NCBI GenBank assembly: GCA_051362555.1
Contig: CM120644.1
Span: 4,410,954 to 4,474,953, forward strand
Length of the DNA: 64,000 nucleotides
Source: Lingula anatina
Taxonomy: Eukaryota > Animalia > Brachiopoda
Direction of reading: 5' to 3'
In this document: piece after piece, positions 51,703-64,000 of the stretch
Layout of the letters: every line of letters starts with the position of its first letter
Position numbering within the stretch: position 1 is the stretch's first letter
Made by a program: the position numbers and the translations under genes
Notes under the pieces: model-generated
The model's database searches: none
The model's input: the letters and a program-made list of their open reading frames with translations, nothing else
What the model was told of the DNA's origin: nothing

Positions 51703-52542
51703 AGAAGAAGAAGAAGAAGAAGAGACAGACAGACAGACAGACAGGGATACACCTTGGTTTTTTTAATGTGTGTGTGTGAAAATGGCTACGATCCGAGAAA
51801 TACTGTTCGATTATTCATTTTTGAAACTCGTGTCGTGTGTTTTCATGGATGCGTTTCACATTGCGAAATTTCTGTTAAAACTGCCTCATCGGATGATAAA
51901 AAAAATTGACAATGGACATTCGGTTTAGGCAATTCAATCACGGTGCTAACTGTATGCCATGTATACCAAAGCATTACTAGGAAACAAGCCATAGAAATGG
52001 TGGGAGGGACGCAGAGCAAAAATGCAAAAAGACAGGACAAAGAAATAAGAAAACGCACACACTACCAACATAAATGCATAGTGAGAAAGTTACTGAGATT
52101 TAAAAATAAAGACACTAAAATAAATGGAGAAATCAACAATCAATTACGGCAATACAGATACTCAAGAGAAAAAATCCTCAACGCTTACCTTTTCGTAGTA
52201 TACAAAACGTTCTCTGTGAACAAGACGGTAGAGTCCTGCAGTCCACACTGTGCTGTTATTTAACTCGCAACTTCGGAAACCGCCCGCAAGACCCACCGGC
52301 GCACTTTCGTAGTTGAAGGACACACACCCGGCAGTGGAGAGGCACCTAACTGTGCACTCTCGCACGCTCTTCACTCTGTGCTGGGTCAGGATAGACCCAC
52401 TCAGGGCGCGGTTCGTGTTCTCGAATCCGCCGACCATAGCTAGCCGCTGCATTGAACACGACCTCACCTCCGATAACACTGCGGTGAGAGAACTCGAGAA
52501 AAAGACGAGCAGGACGAAGAAAACGAGTGGTATTACTCTCAT
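42203..52542 (-). CDS. Secreted PAN/apple - CCP(sushi) - CCP - olfactomedin domain protein (5 coding exons, 502 aa)
   Basis: Exons (minus strand): 52542-52189 (signal peptide + PAN: ECTVRCLSTAGCVSFNY...CELN), 44656-44626 (31-nt micro-exon VEDGGAIFVK), 43839-43672 (CCP1: CGAVPNV...YKCSNGF...IYCQTDGTWETPPTC), 43439-43266 (CCP2), 42984-42203 (OLF: GSWMTD, TDIDVAADEHGLWVVYA, IVVSRLDPETL, MVDYNPRDGKLYVY). Phases 0,1,1,1; total 1509 nt. Confidence 0.82.
45900..47863. repeat. Higher-order tandem array (about 160-bp monomer A interleaved with a longer unit B)
   Basis: A marker gaaagaaaagggcctggtc at 46353, 46900, 47063, 47220, 47779. B marker catgcctgacaatcaaatctgaggaaaaccac at 46029, 46688, 47563. 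Order B-A-B-A-A-A-B-A. Confidence 0.9.
48943..49520 (+). repeat. Diverged direct repeat of 45491-46070 (about 0.58 kb)
   Basis: Collinear shared blocks such as taacagcataatga, agtatcatgaatattcagaaaatgtga, actgtactgaaatg, aatctgacaaact, ataacaggtttacc, ataatgagactgtt. Confidence 0.85.
50040..50455 (+). mobile_element. 3' portion of a Helentron-associated (HINE / pearl / CvA-like) non-autonomous element
   Basis: Two tandem units of about 160 bp related to monomer A (gctgattttc.aacttgacc...catcagttctgta.gttt), then a (GAC/GGC)-type microsatellite at 50371-50418, a 14-bp stem-loop tatgtacagacaca-tc-tgtgtctgtacata at 50421-50450 and an A tract. This is the layout described for such elements. Confidence 0.6.
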
Positions 52543-55045
52543 GTCTGCTTGGTGCTACGAAACTGACGAAAATGCTTCTTGTGATATGAAACACGCTGTC
52601 ATACACATACGTGACTCCTCCAGTAGAAAAAGGGAGATGCATTAGTTTCCGTTCTCTAGCTATAACCTTTCCTGCGACGTTAGAGATTTAAGCTTTGATC
52701 ATTGTGATGATTCCCTATCGAATACATCTGCGATCTAACCACTTCTTCGCGATTTCAGCACACTTTGGCAATCTGCGTTGTTGCTGTTCCAAGTTACTGG
52801 AATAAAATATGATTCTCAGCACTGAAATCACCCTTTTCTACCGCTTAAACTATGCAACCAAAGCTGGAAATCTAATCCGTGTGCTCAGAAATTCATGGAA
52901 GCATGGCTTCATTTGCTTATAGATCGATGTGAGACTTGTAACAAACACCGCCGCCTGAATAGACTAGCGTTTCATGTTCAACTGACTGCTTATTGTGGCC
53001 CTGATTGCAATTTCCGAGTACCTGTTTACAGTTGTGTAAGGACGTTTTTTATTAGTTTTATCATTCCGTCAACTGCGTTACCTAATTGTCGATCAACAGG
53101 GTAGCTTTCTTTCTTTTTTTCTCCTTTTTTTAACTGTACATCGAGAGTATTTTGGCTAATTGTAACACTGGTTGTCGGGTTCAAAGATAGATGGGGATTA
53201 TTGTCATATAATTTCAATACTTGAAACCCCTTGGGTGTTGTTATTTTCGTGTTCAGTGATAAAACTTGCGCCAGATCAGTAAGCCGTTCATGCTAGCATT
53301 GAATGCTTTGATACGTTCAAAGCATGCTGATACCTTGGATTTTTGTGTCATGTTTCTAACTCCATCGGAACTTATGATGACTGAGCTGCGCAGAACGGAT
53401 GTCAGCTTCAACAAGTCGGATATTGTGTTCCGCTAACCACTTTGATGACTTATTCCCCCCAGAGAGATTGATGTCTGATATCATTTCGCCTTTTCTGAAA
53501 ATAAAATGAATTAAACACGAAGTTTTAATGGGGGTAATGATCTTCTAGCAAGAAAAACATGCTTAAGCTCTTTTATTTACGTTTTTATATACACTGTAAG
53601 TCTGAGCTTGTCAGAAACGTAAACAAAAATGTTCACACTGTATCCTTTGCCCTTATAATGCTCTAGCTACAGCTAGCACAAAATTTAAGGGCGCTGTTTA
53701 CTGTTGCTGTGCTATTATGTATCATAGCAACGTGGCTGGTGTGGCTTATTGATTTTTATCTTTCTTTTTTTACGGATTTTTCAGTTAATGGAATGCTTTG
53801 GAGTGCTTTGTTCTCTACACGTTGCCAGTAATTAAACAATATCTGCATTCATAGCTTCACTACTATTCTAAGATCTAAGCAAGTAAGGGATTTTAAAACG
53901 TGGGACATGAATCGTATAACGCATTACCTAACTCCTAAACCTCTTTTGAAAAAAAAACAAACTAGCCAACATGTCTCATAGTATTTAAGTTTGATCTATT
54001 CAGATTTTTTATAGAAGGTAATCAACAGTGAAAAATCTCTACCGAATCCTGCTACAGTACGTGAAGTCATATAAGCTTCAAAAAGATTATGATTTCATCA
54101 TTATTCGTCAAAGTGATCATTGCCTCAATGAATCCGATAAATCTACACGAGTGCAAGTGGAGAGACTATAACAGAATGCTACAAAGGAGAAGGCTCATCT
54201 GGCGCATTACTGATGACGTTATTTATGTGGACTACAGATTTTTGGGAATTTTTGTTGTTGTTGTTTTTTGGGTAAAGCCTGAGACTTGAACGCAGGCCCT
54301 GCATTAAAAACAAGTACGTCTGGACGGTGTCTTTGTTTTGTTTGTCCATTTTTTATGTGGGTTATTAGCTTCTCAAAGACAGGGGGTTTTAATGCTCAGT
54401 GGGCTGAAATGTTTTTATCACAACAATAACAACAACAATAACGACGACGACGACGATGCTTTTAATAATAAAAATGAGGACAATATTAATAATTTTGAAT
54501 GTATCATATTGTTTTATATACATCTCAATGTGTTAGGATCCTTTCTTATTATTCCATCACCCCACACAATACTAAATAACGCCTTCAGCATATAACCCCA
54601 TGGGCTGAGTATTACGGGCTTTCATCTTTGGATAACGCGATCTGCAAAACTTCTATGGAGATTCCCAGGCTCTGTGTCTTAAACTCTTCGCAAGAATGAA
54701 ATGACTGCTAGTGTGAAATATTATCTTAAGCTTTACATTTTAGCTTCGCTTGGGTGAATTTTATCAGGTAAAGACTTCCACTGATTGAATTAATACCATA
54801 AATATTAAATATATTAAGTACATTTTTTTTCAAAGCTGTGCACCATAGACAGCACCACTATAAACGTGTCAAGACAGACAGAAATGTGGCATATCATGTA
54901 CCACACACATGTTTCATCTCAACTACCGCAATAATATCACAAACTCGGGTGATTTCATTACGCGCAAAATTAAAACACGGAATTTACCGAGAGATGCCGA
55001 ATGAGGCTTCGCCATGAAAAATCCGACTGCAATGATGCACCATTC

Positions 55046-55207
55046 CCGATGTGACAGGAATGGTAGTCCGCTTCGAACTGGCGCCCGTTTCACATTACCA
55101 CAGGTGCCATATGCCTTATAAACTGAACTTGATGCTAACACAGACCGGTACAAATCATATGGGACCCCTGTCTTTTATTTCTTGGACTACCGTTCCTGTC
55201 ACACCGG
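55046..55207. repeat. Inverted pair of the GTGACAGGAATGGTAGTCC repeat
   Basis: ccgatgtgacaggaatggtagtcc (55046-55069) versus ggactaccgttcctgtcacaccgg (55184-55207): 24-bp inverted repeat with 2 mismatches. Confidence 0.7.
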
Positions 55208-55574
55208 CACGTTAGACACGGTGATGGTCAAAACAAAATAACCGATCAATTACAATCTCCGTCCTCAGAAAAGCAACTCCATTAACCTGATAAACCCATA
55301 GTAATGGATCGAGGCAGACGTATTGCCAATTGACGTAAAAATAATGGGCAAACTGCATAACGAACAGCAAGCAGCATGCTATATTGAAATCACTGGTACT
55401 TTGGCTTGCCTGGTAATTACGATAGGCGTGGATCGAGTTCGCTTTCAACCAAGTCACTGTCAGCGACTTGTTCTAATGTGGCTTACACTAGCTAATGCTA
55501 TCGTCAGCTGTCTTGTGCACTCATAGACTTTCAAAGTCACAATCATTTTTGGTTGACATTACCCGAAAATGGTG

Positions 55575-55625
<51 letters not shown>

Positions 55626-58600
55626 AATCCTATTGGCACCTATTTCTGTAGCCATCAGAATCCGCTACTAGTCTGTTACAAATTTATCGTACAGCATACT
55701 ATATTTTCATTATGTATACTGTTAGTATATTAGAAGCTCCTGATATCGGAGGGAATACCTATACTCTTTTCTGTCTTTAATGCTTATGAAAATGAAAATG
55801 AAAATGAAAAAAGGTCACATAATTAATACAGGATGGTAGGGTAATTAAGAGAGTTATAAAACAGGGAAAAATAGACTCTAGGTACCAGGTAAGTTTATGT
55901 TATGAAAGGGATTAATTGTACTGGAAATAGTTTGTTAAAATACTGAGATTTATTATAATATACTCACTAAGTTACTAGTTTTCAGTCATATTTTGCATCC
56001 TCACATTATACATCGTCATTTTGCTAATTATCAAGGGTTTGTTTTTCATCCGTGGCAATTAACATGTAGCAGTGTTTACCTGGTTTTGGCATGTTGTTTT
56101 TCTGTTTTTGTGGCCTTTTATCTGCACCTTGATAATATTCTAAGAAAAAAAACATGTTTACACTGTACTGTGTGACATTTCTAATGACGGCGAATGTAAA
56201 GGTATCGTATTGAGGAAATGTAAAATGATTAAACTGAAAATTCAATTCAAATTTGACGTTGGATGACGCACACGACTATTTGTAACCCGCAAAACACAAG
56301 TCTGTTTATCGGTTTCCAATGAAACAATCAATCAATCAATATATCGCATGTCTTCGTGTCGTGATCAGACCTATATCTCGGGGACTCCTTGCACTGTTCT
56401 AAATCCACGCCTTCTTCACTGAAAAATAAATGGGTATCGATTAGAAATTCTTAGAAACAGGGCATCTCGCTATTTCTATAACATTCATCATCCATCACTC
56501 CTATCAACGCTGTCTAGTATATATGAAAAGATAAAACGTTGAATGGAAATAAGTTGAAATATCAATTAAAGTATTAATGTATATTTAATTGAAATGTTGA
56601 TTGAATATTGACAGGATACAGTAAAAATGAAAAATTCACAGTTATGAAAGAGACAAAATACGACACCTCTTTTTTAACTGGGAGTGTGTGTAGGGGAGGA
56701 TTCCCTCCTCTTTGTGCGTGTTGTGGTACTCCATAGCAGTTATATGTCTGCTTTGTTGAACTGTTCGAAGATAAAGGAGCGTGATATGCCATAATGTGAT
56801 ACACGTTTACAAAAATGGTAAAACGCCCCTTTTTTCTGTAGATTAAAATCTTTGCATTGCCTACGCAATGATTAAGGAGCTCGACCTATTCGCACCTTGA
56901 AGCAGGGATGATAGTCAGACTCCAGTTGTTTAGCACAATGGTCGCAAACGCATGGGTCATATTTCACGAAAAAGACTTTATCTTGAACATTTGTCTTTAC
57001 TTTACATCAAGAATTACAATCTGACCAACTTTGACCGAAGATAAATCAGAAGTTTTCCAATTATATACACGTATAATACTGTGCCTGTTTTTAAACGAAA
57101 ACAGCAATGTTTCGGAATGTGTCAATGTTTCTACTATGATTTTATCTGGAACTTCAGTTGATCGCATTGAAAGGTCAAGACCAAATTTCCGGCTGAATTT
57201 CATTTGTGTAAGCGTGTATTGCTGACGGCACATCCTGTCCACCTACTCATGTAAACTACACGTAACATTGATGTGAACCACATTTCAGCTGCCAAGCGAG
57301 CGCGAAAACATAATTAAAAAAGTGCAGACAGATTGTACTTGCTGATATTGCGCAGTTTCTTCAATTGTATGGGCGTGTTTCTACAGAATGACAGAGAAAT
57401 AAAATTGTAGTTATATCAAGTTGTCAACAACTTCCCGAACCCACGTGCCCAGAAATGTGCAAAATCATTGTGGTTCGTTTCATCAAAATAAGTCTTACTT
57501 TGCGTGAATGTTCGTTCGCCAACGTAACGATCCTTTGGCGTTGTTGGTTTTGTGGTTACTGTTGTGTTTGTTGTGTGTGTGTGTATTTGCGTGTGCGTCT
57601 GAAGTAACTTCCACCTGAAAAGATACAAAAAGATACAAAATTGCAGCCTCCAGTTCCTTTTTTTTCTTTTTTCTTTCTTTCTTTCTTTTTTTTTTTTTTT
57701 TTTCTTTTTGTGGTATCTCAATAACAAAATGTATAAAAAGTGACGGTGAAGTGAGCTCTGTCTTTGCAATAATTGCCAATTTCGCCCACGTGTTGACATT
57801 CAGGTATGTCTCGTTTACATGGTTCTAACTGTAGATGCGGTTTTCAACTCCAATCTCACACGCGCTACGGCATGGTGTTTCTTTGCTTGATAACATCGAT
57901 CTTCTACAACGCTTCAAATGACGTCGTGGAGCAATGCCCTTTAAATTTCGTTTACAAAAGTACAGCTCACTTAAACAAGAGTGCCTTCTTCATTAGCGCT
58001 AAAACAATTTATCTTCATTTGTTGTTTATGATTTTTTCACTGTGTTATTTTAAACAAGTAGGCATTTTGCGTTTAAGGCTTCACGCTTTTGATTTCACTT
58101 CCGTATAAGACATAGAAACTTTTATTTTAATGGTTATATCGGTTAGATCAAGTTTTCTAATTTAGTAAGTTTTTTTTAATCATTCACTCTTAATGATATA
58201 GGGTGTAAAGTATGTCAAACGATTTATATATAGTCTCTGTGGGTGCTCCTATTAATTATAGCCAGTTCTTCCTAGTCAAGAAAAGAGACTAATTGATTGT
58301 CAAATTACAAGGAAACGCGAATCACGATCTACCTGAAATTTTGAAGGAAACGTTTATTTATTTTTTTTCTCTGATTTGGGATTGTCTGAAAGCTCAATTA
58401 AAAGTGTTAGATAAAAGGTTAAAAGGAAGCACGTTACCAGGCATGTGGGCATTTCCTTTAAGACTTAAACTGATGTCGTAACATGTTCCAAATCTAACCT
58501 CCGAGTTGCAATTCCGATGTTTGCCAACTAGATTATTCATTTTCAAATATTCGTATGTTCCCGATTAGCAATGAGTGTACTCATGTGGAAATTCAGTATC

Positions 58601-59444
58601 AATTATCAAGAAGGTGGGAAAACCTGACTGGATATCCATGAAGATTTAATTTCGTAAAGCTCGGCCCAGACACTGCTTTCTTCTTTTTTCTTCGATATTT
58701 GAATAAAATCCACAATGTGGGTAAGAAACTGATTGCAATGTTCTAAGACAAAATCGATATGCTGTTTTTTCAAACGTTCTATAGCTTCTGAAATTTCTTT
58801 TAAAAGGTAAATGGATGAATATGAGCTTGGATCGATTTTCGGTCCAAGCTGGACCTGTCTGAACTGGCGGCCTGCGTATCGTGGATTACGCACTAGCCAC
58901 GCGCCTTCCTATCTTGCAGAGCAACGCGTCATTTTGACCATACTATTTGTTCCACACTGTGTTCTTTGGCGTCTCAGAACCAACGAGAGGTTTTCTGCAC
59001 GTGAAGAGGTCCCCGGGGAATAGCTTTCGCGTCATCGATTGTGATACGTTAATTCAAAATCGATATATTCCCTTTTTTCTCTTTTACTTTATTAATGGCG
59101 GCTCAAATGAGGAAATCTGACGCTCTCATGCATAGATGTATCAGCGTGACAGTTCTAATACGATAACTCTTATAAAACCATGTTATTTTTCCTGCGTCCG
59201 GCAGGTGATTTTGCCAAATGGTTTGGGTAACAAGGGAATCAGAGTGTCAAATTGATTTTAAAACATTTCAAGCTGATAGTTCATGAAAAGTATTTTTCAT
59301 CTTTGATCCCACAAGACAACACTAAAAATCAGAGTGTGATTTTTCTTCAAACAGAAGAGTCCCCGTAGATTAGAGAAATGGCTGTCAAAATCGACAATTG
59401 CCAGAGAGTGAGATTTCCTTGCACTCCCTACACACACACGCGCG

Positions 59445-59500
<56 letters not shown>

Positions 59501-61220
59501 TAAATGCTTTTTAATGAACTGTTTTTCAGATGCTTTGAACAGTAACGCCTCGGTTATTTTCTTTAAAAATGTATTAGCAGTGTACTTTATATAAATGAGA
59601 TTTTGTGCTTATTTCTGACCTGCCCCCATAGACAATGAGCTTAAAAAAAGAATAGTTCTGATTACGTTTTAAAGGACAGTACGATGATTTGATTTTTGAT
59701 TCAAGAAAAAAAATGGATTTTTAATGATGTGATGGACTTTACAAATACATCTTAACAATATTTATATCAAAAATACCCAGTAATATACACTGTAGGACAT
59801 GAGGCTAAGGACGTGAGTGTCACCTCTACCTAAGGTGAGCAGTCGGCTGAGCTATCCCAGACGAAATCGACAGGTACAGACGCTGAAATATCTGAGTGCT
59901 AAAATTAACTTGTTTTAACTATTGATTTAAAAAGATTGTTACTGATAGTGGAATTCTTGAAACATTGAAAGACTTAAATTGAAATTAAATGAATTACTTA
60001 CTCGCCGAATTTTCTATATTATTTTGAGTAGTCAAAGAATTTGAATAGAGCAAACAATTTAAGTTCCCACTGATTTGTATAGGTTCGCACCGCCTTGGTT
60101 TTTGGCCCGTTTACGTCACACTTACCGTAGCCTGCATGAATCAAATGGACTCCCTGTTACACGGACACCCAGTTTCTTGACATCGGCGTGACAGGAATGG
60201 TAGCCCACCAGAAACCGTAGTCATCTGCCATTACTCGCCGTTAAAAAATATTAAAGATAGGAATATACGGTCATCAGTACCATCATTCTTCCAAATGCAT
60301 TATCTTTCAGCTTTTTTCCAAGAAAGGCGCCTACAGGTAAATCGTGTGAAAAAAATGACGTTTATATCAGTGATACCTTTTCATCTTGCAAAGGAATACT
60401 GCTCAAGTTCAGAGGGTTTTGTAAAACGTAAAACGTACAAAAATATTGTCCTGTTCGGTGACCATGTTATGAGTTAGGTTTTAAATCAAATGGACGTTTA
60501 AGAGACGGATTTGAATTATCGGAGGATAAAATGCTCGCAAAAAAAGTAAATCGTAATTATTTTTTACTGTGAAGGAAGGCGAATAAACCCCTCATGGTCA
60601 TCAAAATGGAATTGGTAACATTATGTAGTAGTAGTTAGTACGACGTTAACGAAAAACCTGTTGTGACCAATAGCTTGTATTCATACTATCTCCTTTTTTA
60701 TTTGAGTTTTACATATTATTGTCATTACATATAGGCTGGAGGATCCAAGATTCCGTCACCGGGCGAATCCCGGACCCGCCTTTGCTTCTCGTATTTAACA
60801 GAATGCGTTATTGATTTCACACCTCATCAAACCTAATGTGCTTCATCTTGAACACTTGGTTAAATAGATCTTATTCCTGAAAGAAGGATGTGAAACGAGA
60901 ACGAATATTGAGTCGTCTAATATGTCTACTCCCAGCTTTGTCCTGTTAATACTATTTCTGCAAGAGTCAGGCAAAGCGGTATCAATGTTTGAACCAAATC
61001 GATGGTTGTATGGGGAGATCTCTATTGCTTGGTGTGTTGTATGAAAAGGAAGATAATGATCTGACAAAGAATTTGACAAACTTATTTTACGCACTATTCT
61101 GATGATTCCTCCTTTATTATCTTTTCAAACACAAACACGTACACACACGCACACGCACACGCACACACACACACACACACATAGACATACACAGTGAGAG
61201 AGAGCTTTCTCGATGACTTC

Positions 61221-61488
61221 AGTCTGCGCGTTCTTGTTTACTTTTTACTGAACCTACCACTAATAAACACCCTTAAGCCTAGAGCCGCGTCTTTGCTTTT
61301 CAGCAGTATACAATGTACCATTACACACGCCCACACACAGCAAAGAGCGACAGAGAGAATGAGAGAGAATGTTCTGCGCGTCCGTGTTTACTTTTCACTG
61401 AAGCTGCCACTCATTAACACCTTTAGGCCTAGAGCTGTTTACAGATATAATGAACTACTAATGACCTTCGCATCTTTGTTTTTCAGCA
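61221..61488. repeat. Diverged local duplication (period about 150 bp) next to (AC)n/(AG)n tracts
   Basis: tctgcgcgttcttgtttactttttactgaacctaccactaataaacacccttaagcctagagc (about 61223-61285) versus tctgcgcgtccgtgtttacttttcactgaagctgccactcattaacacctttaggcctagagc (about 61373-61435). Confidence 0.75.
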
Positions 61489-62141
61489 AAAATAGAGTCA
61501 GGTGTGGGAGTGTGAGAAAGATAACTAGTTCTGTGAATTTTATATACATACATGCTGTCTGTTATGCTGAAATTGAGTTTAAAGGTAGCGTAAGGTAGTG
61601 TATTCTTCTAAATGACACGCAAGATATTATTTGTTTCATCACAAAATTAATTCTGGTTTCTGACCGCCTTCGAAACGCAACGCAATAGACCAACAATTCG
61701 TAAAGGAAGCACCTTGCGCTTCGAATGCAGGTGCTATTTTCAAACATAATAAGATAACTAAAATTTGAGCACTGACCGCACTGTCCCCGGCCAACCCTTT
61801 GATATTTCTTCACTTAATTACAACTGTTATCGTTAAATCTATTTATTGGTGAATGACACGACAACACATGTATCGTGGTACATGTAGCAACTTTTAAATA
61901 TTTGTGGTCGCATAACGCTTAGTATAAGCATGTGTACCCGGTATGTGTATTAGTATATGTATTTTATAATAAACTGAAGCAGAGAAGGGATATTGTCGAA
62001 TAGTTTTATTAGCTATATTTTCAACAAATAAACAGATATTTGCTGATAAATCTCAGTTATTTTTTTCTATAGTGAGTGATAAATGAAACTTTATTTGTTA
62101 ATTAATTAGATCTTGTTTTCTTTTTTATACAATTTTTTTAC

Positions 62142-62176
<35 letters not shown>

Positions 62177-64000
62177 CATCCGCAAAGAACATCTAGTTGC
62201 TGTAAAAAGATTGACTGCAAAAATAATGTAGTAGGCGTGCCTGTATGAGTGCGCGCCTGTTGCAATAAAATCTACGTATGCATTTTCTTATTTGACCCAA
62301 CAATGACGGTAAGCCTATCTTCCAGACGATTATTAAAACCTTAAACGTACTTTACCACTGTCTAAGTATAGACATTAACCATATCTTCATAATAGATTGT
62401 CCGTTTCAATCTTCCTGCCGTCCTTAAGGGTGCTAAGTGCTGTTGACTGCAATAACGGATAATAAGTTTTAGATTTGTTTTGAAGACACACGCATTGCCA
62501 TTTGATTACATCGGTTGGTCTGGCCTCTCATTTAGGGTCATCAAAACCTACAGAGTGATTTGCGGTGTGGATTCCATCTTATTTGTGGCTAGTTGATAGA
62601 CTTAGGGTAACGAAGACGTGTCATTTCGTTTTCAACATCTTCGAAATACAATGGTTATGATGCTTATAAAGAGATTATACTATTGCACATTTTTGTTGTT
62701 GGGCGATTGGGTTTGGTTTTTTAAACATGGGTAACGTTAGCAGAATGACCCACAATCTTGCCTTATGTAAACTTGCTTATTTTAAATTCATGGACATTCG
62801 ACAAGATTTTTGTAAAGAAATCAATTTTAATGGTACACTCGAGTTTTGTATGTAGCTGTGTTATTTTGATGTTTCATATAATGGCACTTGTCGTCAACAA
62901 CTTCGTATTGTATGTGTTAAAAACATTGTCATCATGTATACATATTATGATGCAACAAAATATTAATTTTCTTGTAATACATAAAATCTCTTCCCATCTC
63001 GAAGGTTGGAAATAAATAAAACGCAAACCGGCTCTCTCCATCTCTCAGTACTTTCTCTAATCACTTAGATGTCCAATGTAAACCTAACATCTATAAGATG
63101 TGATGAACATTATTTTGAACATCTTTTTTTTTTATTTAACGACATTAAAAGTGTTGCTCTACCTGAGAAACATTGCTTTACGATCATAATCAAATGGTCA
63201 CGAACGCGTGATTGGCTTTTCACGACACGAAGTTCGTTATGCATAATAGGTAGAAAACATGATTCGTTTCTTTAGGACCAATTTACTTATTCATTATCAT
63301 TACGAAAAGAAGAAATACAGCCAAAATCTCACTTCATTGAACCTACGGTGTCCTTTGTTATTGGGAATGGCACAAAAATACCACGTATTTGTGATAGCTA
63401 TCAAGTTACCAGCCGGCGTGGGGAATACGGTAATGATTTGATCATTTCGATGTGGAAAAATTTGAATTTGACATTCTACATTGAAAAGTTCTTACCAAAA
63501 GGTTAGAAAAGAGTAATAAACTTAGAGTAATTAACAACTCTATTGAGCATGCGGTAGCAACAAAATTGCCGAGCAGTCTTCCTTATAGTTCTATTCTAAA
63601 TTTAATGGCACCACAAATGCCACACAGAAATACATTTTAGACAAAATTATGTATCTGAAACATTGATAACTTTTCCCGTTAAGAAGATCGAGTCATTGAC
63701 GTAATGTTGACTTTGTTTCAGTGACAAATAGTCACGTGTTGTCTGTGATCTTAGTCATGGCCTTGCATGGTAAATGTATATCTGAGTTGATGTCAGCGCA
63801 TGGAAAATGTAATCTACTATTGTCCCATATCAATAACTGTACAAGAACCGGTGAAAATCTTACAGGCGTGACGGAATGTGATTTGGATGCCTCGATTTAT
63901 AAATGAATGAGTTTCCGTATCTGACCAGTTCAATAAATCATCTTTCTGCAAATGCGATTATCTCTCCTAGTATTAATATTGAATCCTACCGCCAACATTA

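Noticed and set aside
53000-64000. Numerous 60-130 aa ORFs in the last 11 kb
   Set aside because: No recognisable domains and no phase-consistent exon chain; several are microsatellite- or poly-A-derived.

Overview
AT-rich, intron-rich, microsatellite-rich animal genomic DNA, most likely from a marine invertebrate (inferred from hillarin, PAN/CCP/olfactomedin and DUF4728-like genes plus mollusc/annelid-type repeats). Tracing GT-AG splice sites and exon phases by hand gives six protein-coding genes. (1) A 5'-partial CNBD2-like cyclic-nucleotide-binding protein (+, 969-7719). (2) A hillarin-like LIM + inactive transglutaminase-like protein (-, 17167-9304). (3) A two-exon gene (-, 23187-20103) that splices a TPT/SLC35E-type phosphate-metabolite transporter in frame to a polysaccharide pyruvyltransferase, giving a predicted 764-aa PEP-transporter/pyruvyltransferase fusion. 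(4) A divergently oriented type II membrane protein with one coding exon and motifs of fungal beta-1,2-mannosyltransferase (Bmt/GT91)-type beta-propellers (+, 34154-35593). (5) A small four-TM DUF4728/LAPTM-like protein (+, 37518-41389). (6) A secreted PAN-CCP-CCP-olfactomedin protein (-, 52542-42203) whose 7.5-kb first coding intron holds nested non-autonomous transposons and a higher-order tandem array. I recognise no gene in 53-64 kb. The best candidate for an undescribed system is the transporter-pyruvyltransferase fusion, possibly with the neighbouring Bmt-like enzyme, as an animal Golgi glycan ketal-pyruvylation module. No database searches were run, so all family calls rest on motif recognition.
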